From a virus (taxonomy: Duplodnaviria > Caudoviricetes), in IMG/VR virus record IMGVR_UViG_3300043781_000015, positions 1 to 35,866 of that record: a stretch of DNA of 35,866 nt; one strand, given 5' to 3'. Positions 25,822 to 34,340 of the stretch are shown piece by piece. Position numbers and translations under genes: made by a program. Numbering within the stretch: position 1 is the stretch's first letter; every line of letters begins with the position of its first letter. The notes beneath the pieces are model-generated. The model had not been told where the DNA came from, did no database searches, and saw only the letters and a list, made by a program, of their open reading frames with translations.

Positions 25822-27687
25822 TTACAGCAAGCCAGAGTCTTCGTTCTCAAACCAAGCTTTGACTTGCTCACCGGTCATCAGTTCGACCTGCTTTGATTTA
25901 TCGTTGGCAATCCCAAAGTCCTCAAAGTGATACATAGCTTGATAGAGAGCGTCAATAATTGCGTCCACAACGTCGATTTTCAGCGTTGCTTTAACCTTGT
26001 CGACCTGGATGCCAATCTTATCCTGGATAATTTCAGCATTAACAAGTGCTTTTTCCATGATTTCATCATCATCACGCGTGATTGATGACTCAACAAAGCC
26101 CTTCTGCAAGAACTTGGTCGGGTCTTTTAGCTCACTGGTACGCTGCCGAATTGGATTCAACGGCCATTCAGTGTTGATTTCCATCTGTTTGATCGCGTTG
26201 GTCGCTCCCCACGCGTCATAGCCAAAAAATAGGACCTTAAGATCATTGTCAGCCACAAAATCAAGCAGCCATTGATAGACCTGATCGTCATTGATCAAGC
26301 CTTGTGGATGACTGGTGATCGTGCAGTAGCCTTTTCTTGCTAGTTCTCGATATTCAATCCCGTCTTGTTTTTCCTTAGCCTCAATCGAGCCGGCTTTTTG
26401 CCACGGGATAAAACTATGCTGCTTGATATGCCATTTCTGGTTGCCGTCAGCATCGGTATATGGGAAGACAAAGGCAATTGCCGTATTGTCAGAAAACATA
26501 GAGTAGTCAAAGCCAATATAGACTTGCTGGCCAAGAAAATTAAAATCATTTTTAACCGCTCGCTCAATGTCGGCCAGCTTTAGAAATGAGTTAGTAGCTT
26601 CCTGGAGCCACATGTTCAGGTTCTTGTTTTGAAAACGGTCGATATGGCCGGCCATTGCCTCGTTGTTTCGGCTGTTAGTCAAGCCTTTGAATAGCACTTC
26701 TTTTTGGCTGTCCAAGTAAAGCAACGGGTTCGACTTGTACCATGTTTCAGGCTTAAAGGTTTCATCAAGGCTATCTTGACACCAGATCAGTCCCAGATAG
26801 TTGTCACCATCACGCTTATAGTCCTGCTCCATGATCGTTTGAGCCAGCTTCTCATCAGCATGATATGGCACTGTCGGGTCTGGATAGGCTGTTGAGATCT
26901 CAATGTACTGATGATTAGGCACCTTAACTTGACCGGAAGTAATCTTTGCTGAGCCTTCATCAGTGTGAATATTGCCGATTTCGTCAAATACCGCCGTTTT
27001 GAAGTGGTAGGAGTCGTACTTCCCTGAGTTAAACGTGATTGGCCGGATAACGTTGTTGACTTTGCGCATCGTAATCTTATTGTGCAGTACGGCCAACTCA
27101 ACTTCCTTGGCAAGCTTGCCAAAAACAGGCTGCTGCTCGATAATTCTTGGAATCATGCTGCTGATATAGCCAAAAAGCTTACCGGTCTGGTCTGCATTTT
27201 CGGCAGTAACAAGGTAGTCTTGGTTGGATAGCCCCATTGACTCAATCAGATACGTATAGCACATGTAGATAGCCATGAGATAGGTCTTACCTTGACCACG
27301 TGCCACCGAAAGTATGCAGCGGTCAAACCGTTTTAAATTTGACTCATCCCGCCAGCCGAATAGCATACAAAAGATGAACTTCTGCCAGTCCATTAGCGGA
27401 ACAGGCACGCCGGTATCAACGTTCGGGGCAATCGACGCGAATTTAAGGATCTTATGACATTCTTTAGCGCTGTAGTGATAGTGAAAATCGGCATCCCCCA
27501 CACGTTGCAGGTCTCTCAGATGTCTAAAAGCGGCTAGTTTGATCAGATATCCAGTCAGAATCTTTTCATCAAGCACATCAAAGGCGTACCGTGTGCCAGA
27601 ATCTTGATACTGTTTGCGGATATCATCAAAGTTGATGCTGTGATAAGCCCCAAGCACGTCATGTGTTTGCGTCAAATCAATTTTCAA
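25822..27687 (-). CDS. terL: terminase large subunit
   Basis: Walker A VARGQGKT, Walker B AVFDE, nuclease YIGFDYS and KIDVVDAIIDA. Confidence 0.95.
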   Translation of the reverse strand: MKIDLTQTHDVLGAYHSINFDDIRKQYQDSGTRYAFDVLDEKILTGYLIKLAAFRHLRDLQRVGDADFHYHYSAKECHKILKFASIAPNVDTGVPVPLMDWQKFIFCMLFGWRDESNLKRFDRCILSVARGQGKTYLMAIYMCYTYLIESMGLSNQDYLVTAENADQTGKLFGYISSMIPRIIEQQPVFGKLAKEVELAVLHNKITMRKVNNVIRPITFNSGKYDSYHFKTAVFDEIGNIHTDEGSAKITSGQVKVPNHQYIEISTAYPDPTVPYHADEKLAQTIMEQDYKRDGDNYLGLIWCQDSLDETFKPETWYKSNPLLYLDSQKEVLFKGLTNSRNNEAMAGHIDRFQNKNLNMWLQEATNSFLKLADIERAVKNDFNFLGQQVYIGFDYSMFSDNTAIAFVFPYTDADGNQKWHIKQHSFIPWQKAGSIEAKEKQDGIEYRELARKGYCTITSHPQGLINDDQVYQWLLDFVADNDLKVLFFGYDAWGATNAIKQMEINTEWPLNPIRQRTSELKDPTKFLQKGFVESSITRDDDEIMEKALVNAEIIQDKIGIQVDKVKATLKIDVVDAIIDALYQAMYHFEDFGIANDKSKQVELMTGEQVKAWFENEDSGLL

Positions 27688-28142
27688 CTATACCAACCCC
27701 GCTTCTTTCATCTGATCGCTGATTGACTTCTCTTTCTTCTGGCTTGCAATCTGCATGAGGTCCTGTCTACCCTTAGGCGTTAGGCCAAGCTGAATGCCAA
27801 TCGAGTTAAGCTGCTTGTTTGCATCGGTCATGATTCCGACCGCTGGATTCTTTCGATATCCGGTGAAATCCTTGCCGATAATCTCGCCGGCTGCGTTCTG
27901 TAATGACGTGAACAGCTTGGTCTGGATGCCGTTTTCCTGCACGTCAGCATACGCTGACGATAGACTTCGTACTGAGTGCAGTACTGTTCGACCATGCCAG
28001 CGTCGATTCGCTGGACCCGCTCGGTGCTCTCCAGATATGGCACTATCTTTCGCCAGCAAGCAGCAGCAATCGGTCCGAAATAGTTAGGCGGATTTGGTGG
28101 CAAATGGCCGTGATTTTGCTTAAAAAACACCTGTTTTGGCAT
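27688..28142 (-). CDS. terS: terminase small subunit, P27 family (1-nt frameshift near 27955)
   Basis: MPKQVF...PPNYFG...WRKIVP...YCTQYEVYR joins AYADVQENG...KNPAV...LGLTPKGR. Confidence 0.88.
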
Positions 28143-28174
28143 TTTTGGCTCTCCTTTCTGCAGATTCGGAACGT

Positions 28175-28290
28175 CCCGGAGCCCCCCTGGGGTAAAAATT
28201 TTAAAAATCGCATTTTTGCAAAGAGACGACTGAACTGTGTGCGCTCCTTTTTGGCAGCGAATAGGGGGGCGGGAGTAAATTTTAAAAGCT
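28175..28290. other. probable cos (cohesive-end) packaging region
   Basis: Non-coding gap between HNH and terS; inverted GCCCCCC (28181) / GGGGGGC (28264) and repeated AAATTTTAAAA; the HNH-cos-P27 terS arrangement is typical of cos phages. Confidence 0.6.
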
Positions 28291-28348
28291 GATTCGATAA
28301 ATTTCATCGAAAAAATTTAAAACGCGCGAGAGAGCAAATATGAGCCTC

Positions 28349-28858
28349 TCACAGCGTCATGAGCTTGGCTATAACGTCCACGTCATGGATCGGCTCAGCA
28401 CCAGCTATCAACTGGTTGTCTTTGCCAGTGCCATAGTGTCGTTGCTCCCAAGCTGTCTTGAGCCTGTGGCAGTCCCGACAGATGGTTGCCAGGTTGTCAG
28501 TGTCTGCCTGCAGCTTGCTGTCAAACTCGATTGGTATGACGTGGTCAACGGTCTTGGAGTTTGGCTTGCCGCAGTACTGACAGACATAGTGATCACGCTC
28601 GAGTACTTGCTTACGCAGTGACTGCCATTGCCTGGACTTGTAGAAGTGGTACTGTGCTGACTTGGTATCGTCACGATATCTTGTGACGTTGTTGTACTTG
28701 CGCTGATACTCAGCGTTGTGAGATCGTGCCCACTTCTGACGACTGGCTAGGTACTCAGCCTCATGCTCATAGTGCTGCTTGCAATAATGGTCAGGTAGCT
28801 GGCACATGGCATGACATCCCTGATATCTGCATCGTCTAACTCTTGGGATTGTGGCCAC
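28349..28858 (-). CDS. HNH endonuclease (terminase-associated)
   Basis: FYKSRQWQSLR...RDHYVCQYC...VDHVIP...NLATICRDCHRLKT. Confidence 0.92.
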   Translation of the reverse strand: MATIPRVRRCRYQGCHAMCQLPDHYCKQHYEHEAEYLASRQKWARSHNAEYQRKYNNVTRYRDDTKSAQYHFYKSRQWQSLRKQVLERDHYVCQYCGKPNSKTVDHVIPIEFDSKLQADTDNLATICRDCHRLKTAWEQRHYGTGKDNQLIAGAEPIHDVDVIAKLMTL

Positions 28859-29018
28859 CTCCTTTCCTGGTACGCAAAACTGGTGGCTTGATTGTGTATT
28901 CAGCCGGTTTGTCTTTCACTCGTTCTGGATGCTGTTTGCGATAAATCTTATCAGCAAGCACTAGCAGCTTATGTTCTTCGAACGAGCAGACGCCCCAATC
29001 CTTGTACGCTCTCATCAA
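28836..29018 (-). CDS. hypothetical protein
   Basis: AGGAGG RBS; overlaps the HNH start. Confidence 0.6.
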   Translation of the reverse strand: MMRAYKDWGVCSFEEHKLLVLADKIYRKQHPERVKDKPAEYTIKPPVLRTRKGGGHNPKS

Positions 29019-29068
29019 GCCACCTCCTAGCCAAAATAAAAAGCCCAGCCAAAGCTGAGCTAATGAAA

Positions 29069-29114
29069 TGCCGGCGCTTGGAATCGAACCAAGCCGAATG
29101 CTCCAGCAGCCGGT
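29069..29114 (-). ncRNA. tRNA-like minihelix (acceptor plus T-arm only)
   Basis: ACCGGC-TGCTGGAGCATTCG-GCTTGG-TTCGATT-CCAAGC-GCCGGCA. Confidence 0.55.
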
Positions 29115-29190
29115 TGCCGTGTGGTTGGGATGTATATTTACTTATGAATGGAAACCAAATTGCAATGGCCTTGCCACATTGCTGTGGCAA

Positions 29191-29263
29191 CGTATCCCGC
29201 AGGAATCGAACCTGCGACAATCCGGTTAACAGCCGGATGCTCTGCCAACTGAGCTAAGGATAC
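29191..29263 (-). tRNA. tRNA-Asn (GTT)
   Basis: GTATCCTTAGCTCAGTTGGCAGAGCATCCGGCTGTTAACCGGATTGTCGCAGGTTCGATTCCTGCGGGATACG forms a full cloverleaf; no encoded CCA. Confidence 0.92.
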
Positions 29264-29384
29264 ATGGCTCTGCCCTTGCATTAACTCAACGATTTTTTTA
29301 TGCGCAAAGGCAGAACATAAAAAGCCAGCCTTTCGACTGACTTTTACATTGAATGAGGCTGTTTCTTAAAGGAGTGATACTTTA

Positions 29385-30134
29385 TCAAACGTCTAACGCC
29401 TCTTGACTAACTACGCTTTCGATACGTTCCTTGGCAATCTTGAAATACTCCTCGTTCATTTCCATACCGATGAACCGGCGGTTGTTCTTAACCGCAGCTA
29501 CCCCAGTTGATCCACTACCCATCGTGTTGTCAAGCACCATATCGCCTTCATTGGTGTACGTCTTGATAATGTACTCAAGTAAATCAACTGGCTTTTGTGT
29601 CGGATGAACGCTGTTGTGATTATCAGCATTGCTGAAATTAATCACGTCAATTGGATACCGCTCACCATTTGATTTTGATATTGTCACACCAAATGAATGA
29701 TAATTTTTTGAACAGTTGGGATCATTACGTCGTTCATATGGTTTAAAGCCATATCTCATCTGTGGGTTGTAAGTTGGCAGGTGTTTGTAAAACACATATA
29801 AGGTTTCATAAGCTCTTAAAGGTGCACGATGAGAATTTAAAAAGCCAGCCGCCATCGTTTTATGCCAAATCCAGCTGTATCGATACGGCATCTTCTTTGG
29901 CGCGTGCATGATTAGTTCAGCACCAAAACGGCCAAGTCCAAACAAGACTACCGCACCATGGTCTTTTAATACCCGTTCATATTCGCTGAACAAGTCGTCC
30001 AACGGTAACTTGGTGTCCCACTTGTTGGCGGTCGTGCCATACGGCAAATCGGCCAGAATCAGGTCAACAGAGCGGTCTTCTATCCCCCCCATCAGTTTCA
30101 TACAGTCACCATGTAAAAGTTTATAACTCGGCAT
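29385..30134 (-). CDS. orphan N6-adenine/N4-cytosine DNA methyltransferase (beta class)
   Basis: Motif IV DLPYG, HPTQKP, motif I LDNTMGSGSTG; no restriction enzyme gene nearby. Confidence 0.92.
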   Translation of the reverse strand: MPSYKLLHGDCMKLMGGIEDRSVDLILADLPYGTTANKWDTKLPLDDLFSEYERVLKDHGAVVLFGLGRFGAELIMHAPKKMPYRYSWIWHKTMAAGFLNSHRAPLRAYETLYVFYKHLPTYNPQMRYGFKPYERRNDPNCSKNYHSFGVTISKSNGERYPIDVINFSNADNHNSVHPTQKPVDLLEYIIKTYTNEGDMVLDNTMGSGSTGVAAVKNNRRFIGMEMNEEYFKIAKERIESVVSQEALDV

Positions 30135-30276
30135 TTTTATCTCTTCTCTATTTATTCAATGTCATTTAGTGACCAGACACGGCAATGGATGCAAAAAAAG
30201 CCAGCCGATTGACTGACTTTAAGAACATGGTTATTTATCTAAAGGAGTGTCATACTTAACCAAATCATCCATGCTA

Positions 30277-30789
30277 CTAATATAGCGCATGGTCGGGTCG
30301 CTTGCGGGTCGCTTTTGGTTCGCTTTTTGAAATGAGATCAATAGCATCGTCACCTAAGCCGGCCCGTGTCTGCCAGTACAGAAACCGTTCGGCAAACTCG
30401 CAGAGTGCTTCCTTCTTGACTTCCTGAAACCGCGTCTTGCCGAATCCACACTGACTGCTGACTTCCCAGTCCTTTAGCTCATCAAGGTAGCAGCCGACCA
30501 GGATCTCATAGCTTGGCTGTTTGGCACGGTGTGAGCAGTTTTGGATTGCGGTTGCAATGCACTGGCAGACCACACCAGCAATCATGCCGTTGATGATCTT
30601 GTCTTCTGTATGATTGCCAAGCGTTCCGCCACCGCCTGCCAGGCTAAGTGTTGGTGACTTTAAGTCGGTGCGATTGCTTCCACAGCTTGAGAGATAGTAG
30701 TCCAGACGATGCTGAAAAAAACGTCTGACGTTACGGGCCGTTGCCTCGCGATCAAAATCAACTGGCAGATCACATGCCATTGTCCTCAT
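30277..30789 (-). CDS. ArpU-family late transcriptional regulator
   Basis: DREATARNVRRFF...LKSPTL...KKEALCEFAE; located upstream of the packaging module. Confidence 0.82.
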   Translation of the reverse strand: MRTMACDLPVDFDREATARNVRRFFQHRLDYYLSSCGSNRTDLKSPTLSLAGGGGTLGNHTEDKIINGMIAGVVCQCIATAIQNCSHRAKQPSYEILVGCYLDELKDWEVSSQCGFGKTRFQEVKKEALCEFAERFLYWQTRAGLGDDAIDLISKSEPKATRKRPDHALY

Positions 30790-31308
30790 CAAACCACACC
30801 TTTCGCTTAACTTTGTATCGATTGTGAATCCAGTATGAGCAGTGCCGGTCGTTAACATAGAATTTGATGCTTGCCGTACTGATGCCGACTCGACGCGCCG
30901 CTGTGTACATCGACGGCACGGTTACATACTTGCTGGTTTGACGGTCAAAGATTGTCACGCGTGAAAAGTCGCGCCGATTTTTTGCGCTGATCTTTTTAAG
31001 CTCAGGCGTATCGCGGATGACGTTACCAACCAGTCTGGCATCTATATCGAGATACTCGGCAATCTCATAGACACCCATGTATCGATGCAGACACGATGCG
31101 ATCTCGGCCTGCAGGCTATGATCGCTGTGGTACTTCTTCCAATCGTTCTCGCGGATCACATCGCGAAAGTCCTTGATGATTCGATAGTCTGGGTCAAGCG
31201 GTGGCACAATGTCTTCGAGTCTCACGCTTGGATTGTGGAAAGCCTGCGGATAGTTATGCTCGAGATTGCTTAACGCTTTGAAAAATCTCGGCGTGCAATG
31301 ATTGTCAT
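30770..31308 (-). CDS. hypothetical HTH-containing protein (homopolymer frameshift near 31283)
   Basis: GGAGG-ATG 31308 MTIIARRDF joins FKALSNLEHNYP...VRLEDIVPP when one T is restored; EIAEYLDI and TAARRVGISTASI HTH-like segments. Confidence 0.6.
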
Positions 31309-31496
31309 TCGTGATACACCTCCCACATGTAGTAGATCAGTGCCACCAGCATCGTGATGACGATGACTGCTGAGCCGATACCCAGCGCTGAAAAACCCGT
31401 TGTCCAGTTAATGAAGATCATCCACAGCATACCGCCAGAAAACAGCACACTGCCAATGATTGAACCTAAGATGATAAATACTTCCAATACGTTCAT
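31305..31496 (-). CDS. small two-TM protein
   Basis: AAGGAG RBS; two hydrophobic helices. Confidence 0.65.
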   Translation of the reverse strand: MNVLEVFIILGSIIGSVLFSGGMLWMIFINWTTGFSALGIGSAVIVITMLVALIYYMWEVYHE

Positions 31497-31526
31497 AGAA
31501 TTGCTCCTTGATTGATTTAAAACGTT

Positions 31527-31727
31527 TTAAATTAGCTTCCGTCCACACATCGGACAGTAACTAATCCGGTTAGACTGACCAACGCTCGTAGTCTTGCCAC
31601 GCTGATCAGTGACGGTCGTCATGGCGTCAAGCTGCGTCTTGTTGATCAGCCTGATCTCGGTATAGATACTGTCATAGTGGTACGTCAGTAGTGGTTTATG
31701 ATGCTCACAAAACTCACACATTTTCAT
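31527..31727 (-). CDS. small CxxC...CPxCGRKL zinc-ribbon protein
   Basis: MKMCEFCEHH...ISYCPMCGRKLI. Confidence 0.7.
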   Translation of the reverse strand: MKMCEFCEHHKPLLTYHYDSIYTEIRLINKTQLDAMTTVTDQRGKTTSVGQSNRISYCPMCGRKLI

Positions 31728-31917
31728 ACTCCCTGTAGATAACCAGTGCATCATGAAACGCGTAGGACACGTAGGAGTTGTCGACGTCGTCAATCACGTT
31801 TGAATTGAATTTGACATCCACGACGATATAGTCGGGATGCTTGGCGATCCACTTGTTGATCTGTTCGTCGATATGTGGCTCGCCAAAGTTTTCGGAAAAT
31901 AGTTTTGTTTTAATCAT
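31714..31917 (-). CDS. small hypothetical protein
   Basis: MIKTKLFSE...DEQINKWI...VVDVKF...ALVIY; coupled overlaps. Confidence 0.7.
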   Translation of the reverse strand: MIKTKLFSENFGEPHIDEQINKWIAKHPDYIVVDVKFNSNVIDDVDNSYVSYAFHDALVIYREYENV

Positions 31918-32218
31918 GATTTAATGCCTCAAAAAATGCATCTAAGTACTCACCGCACAACTCAATTAAATTGCCAAACAAGGCTGAATTGTCTTTATCG
32001 ACGTAGATAGAGTCTAGATCAATTACTGGAGTTTCATCGACAGTGGTCAATTCAAATACAGTATCGTTGCCATAGGTGATCAAAACATTCCCTTTTTCGC
32101 TAAGATTAATGAAACTGCCGTTCAAATTTGCCTCAGTATTTTCTAAAACTTTAAAGCCTAGATGGTTATCAAGTGTTTTGAGTTTCTTGCTAAACTCGTT
32201 AATTCGTTTTCGGTTCAT
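31910..32218 (-). CDS. hypothetical protein
   Basis: GAGGAGG RBS, ATG 32218. Confidence 0.65.
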   Translation of the reverse strand: MNRKRINEFSKKLKTLDNHLGFKVLENTEANLNGSFINLSEKGNVLITYGNDTVFELTTVDETPVIDLDSIYVDKDNSALFGNLIELCGEYLDAFFEALNHD

Positions 32219-32232
32219 GCTTCGTCCTCCTC

Positions 32233-32430
32233 TTACAGTTTCCGTCCACAAAATGGGCAATACGAAATTTGCTCTTCATCGTGTTCATCGTCATAGCCAA
32301 ACTCGGGCGACAGCTCAAGATAGTATTTGTGGTCATGATTAGTGATACGGGTAAAACAGGTTTTGTCTTCAACGCTAATCTCCAAAATATCTGTATCTGG
32401 GGTACACCAACTACATTCTTGCTTTTTCAT
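32233..32430 (-). CDS. small CxxC...CPxCGRKL zinc-ribbon protein
   Basis: MKKQECSWC...ISYCPFCGRKL. Confidence 0.7.
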   Translation of the reverse strand: MKKQECSWCTPDTDILEISVEDKTCFTRITNHDHKYYLELSPEFGYDDEHDEEQISYCPFCGRKL

Positions 32431-32436
32431 TGTTTG

Positions 32437-32622
32437 TCACAGCTCCTTTAAAATAATCCATACTTCCTCGCACACCAATACAGCTGCAAATACGACCAAA
32501 GCTGTCATCAAAGCATTATAAGCGACTTCTCGTTGATCCCAGACCAACCAGATAGTGGCTGCAACTACGCTGAAAAAGCTAACTGCTATAGCTGCGTTTA
32601 AAAATCGTTTCATCGTCGTCAT
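32437..32622 (-). CDS. small two-TM protein
   Basis: Hydrophobic; paralogue of the upstream gene. Confidence 0.65.
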   Translation of the reverse strand: MTTMKRFLNAAIAVSFFSVVAATIWLVWDQREVAYNALMTALVVFAAVLVCEEVWIILKEL

Positions 32623-32786
32623 CTCCCATACACCGCCCCAAAAATCAGCAATGCGTTTATAAACACGATCATAGCCGTAAAAGCAACTTTATCAGCCACT
32701 TGACTGCTACTCCATACCATCCAAATGAAAGTTGCTTCCATGACCAGGAAACTAACTGCCAGAAATCCAACTGCGAATTGTTTCAT
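32619..32786 (-). CDS. small two-TM protein (55 aa)
   Basis: Read manually: MKQFAVGFLAVSFLVMEATFIWMVWSSSQVADKVAFTAMIVFINALLIFGAVYGR; ATGA overlaps at both ends. Confidence 0.65.
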   Translation of the reverse strand: MKQFAVGFLAVSFLVMEATFIWMVWSSSQVADKVAFTAMIVFINALLIFGAVYGR

Positions 32787-33052
32787 TCGTCATCACCTTG
32801 AATCAAACTGCTCGGGAAGTTTAAAGAATAGCCATCTGCAGTCTTGGTATACCCGATTCCTTTTTTCATAAAGAAATAAAGCGAGTCTGGGTCTAGTTCT
32901 AAGTTATTCGCGGTGTCCAGAAAAACTCCGTATAGGATAATCAACAATTCGGTAGCTTGTAGTTCTGACAGTTCATTGACCGCGTCGTTAAATGCGTAGA
33001 GGGCCTTTTGTGCGGTTTCTGTAACCTGTTTAACGCGCTCTTCTTTAGTCAT
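32783..33052 (-). CDS. hypothetical protein
   Basis: GGGAG RBS, ATG 33052 (MTKEERVK). Confidence 0.6.
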   Translation of the reverse strand: MTKEERVKQVTETAQKALYAFNDAVNELSELQATELLIILYGVFLDTANNLELDPDSLYFFMKKGIGYTKTADGYSLNFPSSLIQGDDE

Positions 33053-33284
33053 GATGTTCACTCCCATATCGTGATTGGACGCAACAGATAAAATATTCTT
33101 GCCAGCAGGCAAGCCGTTTCGTATTGGATAGCTCCTTAGCCGTTGTTCCTACAATGTTTTCTACGTACATTAATCCGTCTCTAAAACTTACCTGGTCATC
33201 AGTTGGTTCGTCTTCAACCACCCACTTTTGCGGGCACGGCTTGATGCCTGGTATCTGCGTGTAGATGTCATAATACTTAGCCAT
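33045..33284 (-). CDS. hypothetical protein
   Basis: GGGGAG RBS, ATG 33284. Confidence 0.6.
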   Translation of the reverse strand: MAKYYDIYTQIPGIKPCPQKWVVEDEPTDDQVSFRDGLMYVENIVGTTAKELSNTKRLACWQEYFICCVQSRYGSEHHD

Positions 33285-33408
33285 AAGTTCTCCCCTAAAA
33301 AATCTTTAAAATCTTTAAAAACAAACCCACTATCAGCACTGCTGCTAATATGAAAACAAGGTCAGTTTGTCGAGCCGAAGTTTCAGCTCATCTCTTTCAT
33401 CTTCCAAC

Positions 33409-33753
33409 TTACTTACCAAATCCATAGCCTACCAATCCTTCCTTGACGATCTTTATCGCGTCTTCCGGCGAGCGCGCTATACCGTGTACGATCCCGTGCG
33501 ATGTCAGCATTTTGTGAAACTGAATCTGATCTTGACGTGGACGTCCTGTCTGGGTCTTGACTTCGATGAAGAACGCCTTGCCGTCTGACCAGCGGAATCC
33601 AGCTAGATCCGGGAACCCACGCGGAACACCGGTTTGAAACAACGTCCCGTCCGGCAGGCGAATTTTGCCCACATTGATGCGGAAGACCGTGCATTGATTA
33701 GCTGACAATGCCAGTCGAATTTGATTCTGAATTAGATGCTCAGGCTGAGTCAT
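33409..33753 (-). CDS. VRR-NUC domain nuclease
   Basis: EHLIQNQIR...GFPDLAG...FFIEVKTQTGR...Q PD-(D/E)xK motif. Confidence 0.9.
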   Translation of the reverse strand: MTQPEHLIQNQIRLALSANQCTVFRINVGKIRLPDGTLFQTGVPRGFPDLAGFRWSDGKAFFIEVKTQTGRPRQDQIQFHKMLTSHGIVHGIARSPEDAIKIVKEGLVGYGFGK

Positions 33754-34079
33754 AGCCATTCATTCCACCCTAACTCTTCTTGCAGACGTTTCTTCCAACG
33801 CTTACCATCACGTTCAGAAACGTTTACTCGTGCGTTAAACTCGTCTGGGTTCAAATTAAAACCTGCTTTTAGCAGCGCTTCTTTGATTGCTCCTGTTGAA
33901 ACATAACTTGGACCAGTACCGACGGCTCGAAAAACGTTTTCAGCCCAGTGCTTGATACTGTATGTTGATGTTCTTCGAGTTTTAATTGGCGTCAATGACC
34001 GGCAAAAATCGACCATCTGCGACTGATCAAGTTTTGAATAATTGTAAAAATCTTTTGTCGATTGGTTGAGATTGCTCAT
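33750..34079 (-). CDS. hypothetical protein
   Basis: GGAGG RBS; STYSIKHWAE...YVSTGAIKEALLKAGF. Confidence 0.7.
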   Translation of the reverse strand: MSNLNQSTKDFYNYSKLDQSQMVDFCRSLTPIKTRRTSTYSIKHWAENVFRAVGTGPSYVSTGAIKEALLKAGFNLNPDEFNARVNVSERDGKRWKKRLQEELGWNEWL

Positions 34080-34099
34080 GCTGTTTCCTCCACTTCAAC

Positions 34100-34340
34100 T
34101 TAGTGACGGACTTAGTGTCGGATATGGTGACGGGACAAATCCGTTGTGACAGTAAGGATAAGACTACTTTTTCTGTCAAGTGACGGAACACGTGAAATAA
34201 AGTCTTTACTATATATATTTTTATCTTTTATATATATACTTTTCATCACTATATCCGTCACTAGAGAAAAAAGAGTATATAAATACTAATGCGCCAACAA
34301 GTAAAACGTTTAATTACATCCGTCACTACATCCGTCACTG
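34100..34340. other. putative replication origin with iterons
   Basis: AGTGACGGA-type repeats at 34102, 34114, 34126 and 34179; inverted TCCGTCACT at 34254, 34319 and 34331; AT-rich core; directly after the primase gene. Confidence 0.72.

Noticed and set aside
16276-27000. Numerous plus-strand ORFs (e.g. 20705..21496, 16845..17384)
   Set aside because: Antisense shadows of well-supported minus-strand structural genes, with no RBS or recognisable motifs.
29385-30134. Restriction-modification system
   Set aside because: No endonuclease partner is adjacent; HNH and VRR-NUC have standard packaging and recombination roles.
33300-33330. TCTTTAAAATC match to spacer 1 (possible self-target)
   Set aside because: Only about 11 AT-rich bases, in the PAM-distal part of the spacer; expected by chance. 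I saw no convincing protospacer in the window by eye.
33290-33425. Short ORF MDLVSKLEDERDELKLRLDKLTLFSY after VRR-NUC
   Set aside because: Only 26 codons; it could be a remnant or another indel-broken gene, but cannot be supported as a feature.
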